DNA of 64,000 nt from the NCBI GenBank assembly GCA_036488415.1, contig DASXHQ010000125.1, positions 142 through 64,141 on the forward strand, read 5' to 3'. The notes under the pieces are model-generated. The model saw only the letters and a program-made list of their open reading frames with translations. It searched no databases and was not told where the DNA came from. This stretch comes from Rhizomicrobium sp. (GTDB lineage Bacteria; Pseudomonadota; Alphaproteobacteria; Micropepsales; Micropepsaceae). The number at the start of each line of letters is the position of its first letter. Position 1 is the stretch's first letter. The position numbers were made by a program, and so were the translations under genes. This document shows, in pieces, positions 19,075 through 26,486 of the stretch.

Positions 19075-19479
19075 GTGAAGATAGATCAGGAGTACCTGAA
19101 GAATCTTTTGGAAGCCTGTCAGGCATCCGAAAAGCCCACATTCGACATCGAAGACCTGAAAGCGGCGGGCTTTGACTACAACGACAAACAATTCGAATTT
19201 CACATGGCGATACTGACCGATCAGGGATTCATCGCACAGGACGATGGCGACTCTGGTTTCGGTCTCACGAAGAGTCTCGACGGATTTTTGTCATGGTCGG
19301 TTCTGCCTTTGCGGCTGACAGCATCGGGCCATCAGTTCGTTGAGGCATTGTCGAACGAAGAGGTCTGGGCGGCGATCAAGCGTGGGTTCAAAGACGCGAG
19401 CATAACGACATTGAAAACCGTGTCCCTCAAACTTCTGGACGCCTACGCCAAGAAGAAGATCGACGACCTTCTAAGCTAG
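19075..19479 (+). CDS. DUF2513-like protein
   Basis: 134 aa. The pattern ...FEFHMAILTDQGFI...LRLTASGHQFVEALSNEEVWAAIK... matches my recollection of DUF2513 winged-helix proteins. Confidence 0.55.
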   Translation: MKIDQEYLKNLLEACQASEKPTFDIEDLKAAGFDYNDKQFEFHMAILTDQGFIAQDDGDSGFGLTKSLDGFLSWSVLPLRLTASGHQFVEALSNEEVWAAIKRGFKDASITTLKTVSLKLLDAYAKKKIDDLLS

Positions 19480-19488
19480 ACCCACGCT

Positions 19489-19974
19489 TTAGTAACGCGG
19501 GATGGGCAGCTCCCATTTTGGTGTGCCGACACGGTTCCTGTTCGTGGATGAAACAGGATTGAACGATGACCGAAGGGAAAAATCCTCCTCAGTGTCTGCG
19601 CATACGGGAGGGGCGGGGTTTCGACGGCCGAGGCGTTCGCTTGCCACAATCGCCCGCGCGCTTTCATCGCTCCATTCCAGCCGCTCGGGATTGCCCTTGA
19701 CCAGCGTCCTGCGGCGGCGGCGCGTCTCGCTTTCAGTCGCGGGTAGTGGAACGTCGGAGGGGTTCCAGCCGGGGTGCGCGGACACCACTTGGCTGCCCCG
19801 CACGAGCAGGTGGACCCATTCGCCCCCGCCGCTGTCGTCCAGGACTTCAGCGATCACCAGACGCTCGCCGACTCGTGCCGGTTGCCCGCGCCGGCGGTTC
19901 TTGAACACCGGCTCTTTCCACCGGATCACGTCAGCTTCAATAAACCCGTCCCCAACGGGTACCCAGACCGCCAT
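19489..19974 (-). CDS. hypothetical protein
   Basis: 161-aa ORF with GC-rich codon usage and no competing frame. No family recognised. Confidence 0.45.
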   Translation of the reverse strand: MAVWVPVGDGFIEADVIRWKEPVFKNRRRGQPARVGERLVIAEVLDDSGGGEWVHLLVRGSQVVSAHPGWNPSDVPLPATESETRRRRRTLVKGNPERLEWSDESARAIVASERLGRRNPAPPVCADTEEDFSLRSSFNPVSSTNRNRVGTPKWELPIPRY

Positions 19975-20229
19975 AAAACCCCTGACTTCTACGGTTCAGC
20001 CTTATTCTTAATTATCCCACAACTATTATGGAATTTCCGTTAATCGAATTCTTCGTGCCGCCGAACCCGGCTTGTTGCGTGATGCTCCGGGTATTCAGGC
20101 GGGTTACTCCCGTATGCAGTTTGGTGCGTGTTTAAGCCTGTGCGGGGTGGGCCTGTGGTATAATGCGTATGCGACTCGGGGAGATGTTCATTGGTCGCCG
20201 CACTCACACCCTTAACGACAGTTTAAGGC

Positions 20230-20534
20230 GAGTCTGATATTCTGATATCAGGGTGTGCAAGCCATGCGCGGTAACACCGCGCCGGGCTTGGCAAGGGGAT
20301 TTTCCATCCCCGTTGCATCCCCAGAACCAAGGCGTTCCGCCCGTGGACCCTGACCGGGGCTTCGCCCTGGACCCGACCAAAGAGCCTTCGTGCCCTTTGG
20401 AATCCAGACCGGGGTTTGGCCCCCGGCGACAACCAAGGATGCCTCTCGCCCTTGGGCCCGAGTCGGCCTCGCGCCGGCTCCGCCAAGGGGATGCCCCTTG
20501 GAACCCGCGTGCTCGCGCACGCAAGGAAGGGGGC
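20230..20534 (+). promoter_or_regulatory. candidate oriT / relaxosome assembly region upstream of mobC
   Basis: Dense cluster of short inverted repeats: CTGATAT-tctg-ATATCAG (20234-20251), GGGGAT-tttcc-ATCCCC (20295-20311), CCAAAG..CTTTGG (20377-20400), CCGGGG-tttgg-CCCCGG (20409-20425), CCAAGG..CCTTGG (20433-20455) and CCAAGGGG-atg-CCCCTTGG (20483-20501). Its position immediately 5' of mobC and the relaxase is typical for an oriT. Confidence 0.35.
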
Positions 20535-20933
20535 ATGGCAAGCGGAAGCGACAAGCGTCAGCGAGGCCAAACTGTCACCGTCCGTCTTACGAAAGACGAA
20601 CGGGCCACCCTCGATGCTTTGTCTTCGCGCAGCGGCCTCGCAGCCGGTGCTTTTATGCGCGCTGCCGCCTTCGGCGACAGCGGTCCCCGCGCCCAACGCC
20701 GCCCACCCGCAGACCATAAAGCCCTGCGCCAGTTACTCGGGGAATGCGGGCGCGTCGGCAACAATCTCAACCAGATCGCAAAGCGATTGAACGAGGGCGC
20801 GCCGGTTAACATCCCCGAGCTTCGAGAAGCACTGGCGGCTTATCTCGACATCAGGGCCGCCATCTTGCGCGCTTTGACAATGGAGACGATCGGGGAGAGT
20901 TCATCCGAAGGTTCGGCTCCCGATGATCATTAA
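20535..20933 (+). CDS. mobC: MobC-family mobilization (relaxosome accessory) protein
   Basis: ATG at 20535 after AGGAAGGGGG. Contains the RHH-like VTVRLTKDERATLDALS and the LLGECGRVGNNLNQIAKRLN motif typical of MobC. The ORF-track start at 20253 is an unlikely extension through the repeat region. Confidence 0.8.
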   Translation: MASGSDKRQRGQTVTVRLTKDERATLDALSSRSGLAAGAFMRAAAFGDSGPRAQRRPPADHKALRQLLGECGRVGNNLNQIAKRLNEGAPVNIPELREALAAYLDIRAAILRALTMETIGESSSEGSAPDDH

Positions 20934-22368
20934 GGGCAAGAGCCGTGGTGGGCCCGTACAGCTTGCGAAGCATCTGCTCCGCACGGATACGAACGAGACC
21001 ATTCAGATCGTGCAGCTTGAATCACCGACTGGCAGCCTCAGGGAGGCCTTGCGCGACTGGCAGTTTATCTCCACCGGCACGCACGGCAGCAAAGGGCTTT
21101 ACCACGCCAACATTTCTCCCGAAGCCCGTTACGTGATGACGCCCGAGCAGTGGAAGCGCGCTGTCGATGTCCTCGAAAAGGAGCTTGGTTTTGACGGCCA
21201 GCCCCGTGCCGTCGTGGTGCATGAGAAACATGGCCGCCAGCATATTCACGTTGTGTGGCAGCGCACCGACATCGACACGATGACGCTCGTTCCCGACAGC
21301 TTCAACTATGTCGCCCACGAAAGGGCGAGCATGGCGCTGGAGAAGGAATTTGGGCACGAGCACGTTCCCGGCAAGCACGCCAAGCGCGACCGAGAGAAAC
21401 AGCCGGAATTCCCGAAAGCCGAGATCAATCACGCCGAATGGCAGCAGGCTGAACGCGCCGGAGCCGATCCACGCGCGTTCAAGGACGCGATCACCGCCAT
21501 ATATAAGTCATGCGATAACGCGCAGGCGTTTCTGGCGGCGCTTGAGGAACACGGCCTCTTAGTCGCCAAAGGCGACCGGCGCGATTATGTCCTCGTGGAT
21601 GAAGCCGGACAAATCTACAGCCTGGCGCGGCAGATCAAAGGCATCACCGCCAAGGATCTGCGTGCCTTTATGGCCGACGTTGATCGGGAATCGATTCCGG
21701 CCACCGAGCAGGCCAAGGAGATTCAGGAACAGCGCGCGCGGGCACGGGAGCAAGCGCCTGCGGAGAGCCTTGAATCTGCACAGCCGACCGCATCGACCAA
21801 AGAGGAAACCGCCGCCCTTGAACAGGCGCTACGCGAACGTCATGCGGAAGAGGGGCAGCAGCTCCGTCTCCGGCAGGACGCCGAATATAAAGAGACAAGC
21901 CGTATCCTTGAGGATGAAGCCCGCGAGAAACTTGGCCACATCGATGCCCTGCAACAGGCGGCACGGCAGCGCTTTTTCCGGGAGACGTATCGGGCCAAGA
22001 CCGGATTCGACGGCTTCATCGATGCGATCAAGGAGAAACTCAACCCGAAGCAAATGGCCGAGGCTGCGCGTGAACGCAAAGAAGCGGCGGATACGTTCCT
22101 GCACAACCAAAAGCAGGAGCGTGAAGATTATGTTGCACGGCTCGAAGCCGCTCGGGCAGCCGATCTTGCCAATCTGGCCGAACGCCACCATCAGCAGCAG
22201 CGGGAATACGGCGCGCGTTTCGAGGAAGAACGCGCTCGCTATTTGCGCGAGGCTGATGCCGCTGCGAAACTCCTTGCCGAGATTGAGGAGCGCCGTCGGC
22301 AGGAAGAGCTACGTGCCGAACGAGATCGAAACAGGGACGGCCCAGCGCCGCCTGGGCGCGCACGCTGA
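20923..22368 (+). CDS. relaxase / mobilization nuclease (MobA/VirD2 superfamily, MOBQ-like)
   Basis: N-terminus MIIKGKSRGG...LAKHLL, then ...LYHANISPE... and the His triad HGRQHIHVVWQR. The C-terminal half is a charged coiled coil. Overlaps mobC by 11 nt. Confidence 0.85.
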   Translation: MIIKGKSRGGPVQLAKHLLRTDTNETIQIVQLESPTGSLREALRDWQFISTGTHGSKGLYHANISPEARYVMTPEQWKRAVDVLEKELGFDGQPRAVVVHEKHGRQHIHVVWQRTDIDTMTLVPDSFNYVAHERASMALEKEFGHEHVPGKHAKRDREKQPEFPKAEINHAEWQQAERAGADPRAFKDAITAIYKSCDNAQAFLAALEEHGLLVAKGDRRDYVLVDEAGQIYSLARQIKGITAKDLRAFMADVDRESIPATEQAKEIQEQRARAREQAPAESLESAQPTASTKEETAALEQALRERHAEEGQQLRLRQDAEYKETSRILEDEAREKLGHIDALQQAARQRFFRETYRAKTGFDGFIDAIKEKLNPKQMAEAARERKEAADTFLHNQKQEREDYVARLEAARAADLANLAERHHQQQREYGARFEEERARYLREADAAAKLLAEIEERRRQEELRAERDRNRDGPAPPGRAR

Positions 22369-22737
22369 GCGGCTCTCGCTTCCTGCAATCAAAGCCGAGC
22401 CGCTTCATCACTAAAAAGATTGCCGCGCCTGTTTATCGGGGTTCCCGATACCTGACCGGCATGGCTCTTCACATGCTCGAATTGGCGCAAAGAAGGATTG
22501 CCATATCGATCAGGGTGCTTGAACGTCTTCTATCGAAGACGACGCCACCACCACCGCCCGCGCCACATCCGCCGATCACACCAGAGTTTTCCAGACGGGC
22601 GCGACCGCGCCGGAAGCCGCGGTAAAGAGTTCAAGCCGTCTGACTGTGTGACCGCACGGGGACTTGCCCACCTACACTTTGCGCCAAAAAGGAGATACAG
22701 TATCGTCTATTGCTTAGTCCAATTTTAATGCCGCGAA

Positions 22738-23469
22738 GTGGCGATTAAAATGAAGCTACTCGAATATCTTCCTTATGTCGTAGCTACAATTTTATTGGGT
22801 TGGTTTTCGCCTCACATTTTTAAAAGTGATCGATGGCCAACTCGTCACCAATGGTTATTCACCGCGATACTTACAGCAACGATGTTTGCTATTGCGGGAA
22901 TTTATAGATTGGAAACGGGCGAAGACATTGTGGACAAAATTCAAGATGATGTTTTCTGCCCAATGTTTAGCTTTTCACATTGTCCGGGGCAGAAGATCGA
23001 AGATCACGTTGACATCGCCCGTCAATCCACAACAGGACGGCGATCCCAGAACGCGGTGAGCGCGGGACAAGCGCCTCCACCGCCGCCCGCAGCATCGCGG
23101 CAAGACGGTGCTCCAACTGAAGATGAACTCGATTTGGCATACTGGGAGTCCATTCGGAATAGCAGGAGCATCGAGCCATTCTCCTCCTATCTTGATAAAT
23201 TCCCTACTGGCCGTTTTGCCGATTTAGCGCGCGAGCGGGTGAATGAATTTACCGCTGCGAAACAGCAGCACAAACACGACACCAAAGCGGCGCTAGACAC
23301 AAGGGCTGTTTCGGCTACGCAAGTTCCGGCCGAACGAGCCTATTCGTCATCGTCTACAGATACCGTGGCAGTTCCGAACTCCGCATCCTCGGCCCCCAAA
23401 AAGCTATGCGTCGAATTTAACGGGAAGACAATCTGTGACACACAGCAGAATGATGGCGTTCGCCCGTAG
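22738..23469 (+). CDS. hypothetical membrane protein
   Basis: N-terminal TM helices (AT-rich codons), a Pro/Ala linker, and a C-terminal ...LAYWESIRNSRSIEPFSSYLDKFPTGRFADLARERV... module. Confidence 0.5.
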   Translation: MAIKMKLLEYLPYVVATILLGWFSPHIFKSDRWPTRHQWLFTAILTATMFAIAGIYRLETGEDIVDKIQDDVFCPMFSFSHCPGQKIEDHVDIARQSTTGRRSQNAVSAGQAPPPPPAASRQDGAPTEDELDLAYWESIRNSRSIEPFSSYLDKFPTGRFADLARERVNEFTAAKQQHKHDTKAALDTRAVSATQVPAERAYSSSSTDTVAVPNSASSAPKKLCVEFNGKTICDTQQNDGVRP

Positions 23470-23998
23470 TGCGGCGATGGCGCTTGCCGCAATATTTGCG
23501 AACTCCGGCACCGCGATCGCTCAGGGCAATACCTGCAATCTCAACGATCGACAAATCATTTATCAGATTGATGAGTGCATCAACGGCAACTGTCAAACCG
23601 GCGGCGAAATGTTGAAGTTCGTCGGTGGTACCGTGCTTCGCTACCACGCAAACGACGCGGGAACCGTGTATCGATTGGGTCAGACCATTCGCCTGGAGAG
23701 CGATCCGCTCAATTCGAAAGCCGGACAATTCATGGGACCGCTATCTGCCCATAATACGTTACTCACCGCCTCCTATGAAGAGAATGTTGTTACTTTGATT
23801 CAAGACGAAGCGATCAAGCGCTCAGGTGATGCTGATGGGCATGTCGTTAGCACGCAAAGAGTCAGGATCAGGCCGGATTGCACATTTTGCGATGTGATTG
23901 AGTTCACGCTTGTCGGCACGCTCGCTGATGGCACAGAGGTGGGCCGACGAACCATGTCCGGTTCGAAGTGCTACGTGTCAGATGTTCCGCCTGAGTGA
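23450..23998 (+). CDS. secreted Cys-containing hypothetical protein (paralog A)
   Basis: Signal peptide MMAFARSAAMALAAIFANSGTAIAQG, conserved Cys pattern CNLNDRQIIYQIDECINGNC ... DCTFCDVIEF. Paralogous to the next gene. Confidence 0.55.
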   Translation: MMAFARSAAMALAAIFANSGTAIAQGNTCNLNDRQIIYQIDECINGNCQTGGEMLKFVGGTVLRYHANDAGTVYRLGQTIRLESDPLNSKAGQFMGPLSAHNTLLTASYEENVVTLIQDEAIKRSGDADGHVVSTQRVRIRPDCTFCDVIEFTLVGTLADGTEVGRRTMSGSKCYVSDVPPE

Positions 23999-24039
23999 GG
24001 AGCGCGCAGGCGTCTCGGAAGTGTATTAAGGGGGCCGTC

Positions 24040-24597
24040 ATGAGGCATCGGTTAAAGAGTCCATTGTTGAATCGAATGACTACCGTCGCTGGCTTAACCG
24101 CCAGCTTGATATTCAGCACTCATGCCGTTGCAAATTCAGAACTTTGCAAGATGAACGACAGAGCAATCGAATATGCCACTCGTGCTTGCTTTAATTCCAA
24201 TTGTGCGGACGAACGCCAGAAGATCGTTTTCTTAGGAGACAAAGAGCTTGTTTATTACGATATAAACGACCCCAAAGGTATCACCTACTATGATGGGCGC
24301 ACCGTCGATCTGACCACAGATGACCTGCAAGAAGTTTTTCACTCAACGGCCCCACCGGGCACGACCGAGACAGGCACTGCGACAGCTTCGCGCAAGAATC
24401 TTGATTTCCAGTTCACACAGCATCGTCAGCTACGAGACGGCTCGGGACAGGTAATATCGAACTATTGGCAAGAGATTGGAATTCGAATTATTGACTGCAA
24501 CACCTGCGAACTCGTGATGTACCGTATTCGCGGAAACTATTTGGATCACCCTGTGTTTTCGACCTTTGAGCCAGGTTGGTGTCGCTTCGTGAACTAG
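24040..24597 (+). CDS. secreted Cys-containing hypothetical protein (paralog B)
   Basis: ATG at 24040 after AAGGGGG. Signal peptide ...LTASLIFSTHAVA, Cys pattern CKMNDRAIEYATRACFNSNC ... DCNTCELVMY. Collinear with paralog A. Confidence 0.55.
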   Translation: MRHRLKSPLLNRMTTVAGLTASLIFSTHAVANSELCKMNDRAIEYATRACFNSNCADERQKIVFLGDKELVYYDINDPKGITYYDGRTVDLTTDDLQEVFHSTAPPGTTETGTATASRKNLDFQFTQHRQLRDGSGQVISNYWQEIGIRIIDCNTCELVMYRIRGNYLDHPVFSTFEPGWCRFVN

Positions 24598-24827
24598 CGT
24601 AGTTCAGTCCCTTCTTGTTTGCCGTCCCTCGAATGGCAGTGTGCAGCGACCGTGCCGGACGCGGACGCTTTCCGCGTCAACTAAAAATTTGGCTCCCTCG
24701 CCGGCAGGCAATGCTCCGGTGACATCGCATTGCCTCCCCCAATTTTTTTGTGTGACGCCGCGTCCTCGCGCCCGGCCTTGGTTGCGCTGTCCCATCGGGG
24801 ATGAACGCAAACACAAGGAGCATGAAC

Positions 24828-25214
24828 ATGAACCTCTACACCGAAGCTCAATTCGAGCAGTTACTCACCCAGGGGCGCAATCGCGATCAAGACCATCCGC
24901 CGGTCGTGAAGCTTTTCACGCCGGATGCAAACTTCACCTGGCTTCTGAGTGAGATCGATCCGGAAGAACCGGACATCGCCTTCGGTCTCTGCGATCTTGG
25001 TCAAGGCTTTCCCGAACTTGGCTGTGTCAGTCTCGCCGAGCTGCGTTCCATTCGCGGCAAGATGGGCTTGCCCGTTGAGCGGGACCTGTCGTTTGTCGCT
25101 GAACATCCTCTGTCGGTTTATGCCGAAGCCGCCCGTCAGGCCGAGGGCATCATCGAAGATAGCCGTGCGCTTTTGCAAGCCGCCGCCACTCTGGCGACGC
25201 GGAGGGACGCATGA
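24828..25214 (+). CDS. DUF2958-domain protein
   Basis: KLFTPDANFTWLLSEIDPEEPDIAFGLCDLGQGFPELGCVSLAELRSIRGKMGLPVERDLSF is the hallmark DUF2958 core, common on conjugative and mobilizable elements. The ATG at 24828 lies 7 nt after AAGGAG. Confidence 0.75.
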   Translation: MNLYTEAQFEQLLTQGRNRDQDHPPVVKLFTPDANFTWLLSEIDPEEPDIAFGLCDLGQGFPELGCVSLAELRSIRGKMGLPVERDLSFVAEHPLSVYAEAARQAEGIIEDSRALLQAAATLATRRDA

Positions 25215-25522
25215 ATCGTCACATCGAAACTTTCCGCATTGTCTGGAGCGGCATCACCATCGAAGTCCGCTGGGAGCCAAGCTGGCTCAATATTACCGGT
25301 AGCGGTTACGACACGGCACATCTTGCTATCGAAAGCGTTTCGCCGGAACGGGCGCGACTTCCGATCACGGAAACCGGATACCGCTCGCATTTTACGTCGC
25401 CGGAGACCGTCGCCGCTTACGGTGGTCCTGTCGCTTACGTCGAAGCTTGGCTCGAAACCGAGAGCCTGGCCCCCGACTGGCGGCGCGAGGAACAGGAGCG
25501 GCGGCAGCTTTCGCTGTTCTAG
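25211..25522 (+). CDS. hypothetical protein coupled to the DUF2958 gene
   Basis: 103-aa ORF with an ATGA overlap with the preceding gene. Confidence 0.5.
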   Translation: MNRHIETFRIVWSGITIEVRWEPSWLNITGSGYDTAHLAIESVSPERARLPITETGYRSHFTSPETVAAYGGPVAYVEAWLETESLAPDWRREEQERRQLSLF

Positions 25523-25782
25523 GCTTGCGGCTTCCGTCCGCCACGCAGAGGAGCGGGGTATTTCTCTCCCGCCTTGGGCGTAACGAAGAACGCGCCGATG
25601 TCGCTGTCCAGGGCAGCAGCCAGCTTTTCCAGCACGGCCACGGTCGGGTTTTCGATACCCCTTTCAAGCCGGCTCACATAGGTCCGGTCGATGCTGGCGT
25701 CGACAGCCAGATTCTCCTGAGAGAGACCCCGTTTGACTCGAAGCTTCCGAATATTGTGGGCGACAATCTGTTGAGCCTTCAT
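25519..25782 (-). CDS. XRE-family helix-turn-helix transcriptional regulator
   Basis: IRKLRVKRGLSQENLAVDASIDRTYVSRLERGIENPTVAVLEKLAAAL is a canonical HTH_3 domain. Start trimmed to the ATG at 25782. Confidence 0.8.
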   Translation of the reverse strand: MKAQQIVAHNIRKLRVKRGLSQENLAVDASIDRTYVSRLERGIENPTVAVLEKLAAALDSDIGAFFVTPKAGEKYPAPLRGGRKPQA

Positions 25783-25868
25783 CCACCATAGCAAGACCGC
25801 TTGAAGTCTATTAACCCACGCACTATAGTCCCACGGTTATTTTGCTTCTATTTCGCGGGAAAGCGGTC

Positions 25869-26324
25869 ATGGCCCTGAGCATTATTTCCGGATCAGTGAG
25901 TCACGTGAGCACTGAAACGACAGTGTCGGGACAAATGTATGCTGGTCGGGGTACGGTGAGGACCTCACACAAGTTGTTCTTTCGTGTGAATGGCCGTCCG
26001 GCCGTTTTTTCGGGCACGCCCAATGTCTCGGACGGTGATCTCGTGACCCTCTCAGGAGTTGACACGGGAGGAGATTTCAAAGCATTCGCTTTGCGCAATG
26101 ATTCCACTGGCGTCGCTTATCCGGGTCAGACGACATTGGTTTATGTGGCGGGAATCCTGTTTCTAATCCTTGGCCTTCCATTCTCGGCAATTCTCATCGG
26201 CATCCCGTTTGCCCTTTTTGGCGGTTGGCTGCTCTACGCGGGTTACAGAAACCAGCAAGCCAACAGTTTGCTTCAGGCATCAGCACCGTCGCCTCGTTCA
26301 TCGGTTCCAGTCGGGGCTGAATAA
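25869..26324 (+). CDS. hypothetical membrane protein
   Basis: Soluble N-domain followed by two TM helices ([36 protein letters not shown]). Divergent from the XRE gene and directly upstream of the ABC ATPase operon. Confidence 0.5.
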   Translation: MALSIISGSVSHVSTETTVSGQMYAGRGTVRTSHKLFFRVNGRPAVFSGTPNVSDGDLVTLSGVDTGGDFKAFALRNDSTGVAYPGQTTLVYVAGILFLILGLPFSAILIGIPFALFGGWLLYAGYRNQQANSLLQASAPSPRSSVPVGAE

Positions 26325-26486
26325 CTGTTCGGCTCTCCACAAGCTGCGCTTGAACCCGGAGATACTTGCAAAATGGCGCGTTTTACTGGGGACGCTCAAT
26401 AGAGCGCCATGTCCTTTTAAGTAAAACAAGCGCCTTTGACGACGGGGGCTTGGAAATAGGGTATCCTCGCATTGAGAGGATATGCC

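Noticed and set aside
20253-20534. Upstream 94 codons of the 226-aa MobC ORF
   Set aside because: The translation is Pro/Arg/Gly-rich and the DNA is a series of short palindromes. A good RBS and ATG at 20535 precede the recognisable MobC sequence, so this is treated as a non-coding oriT-like region.
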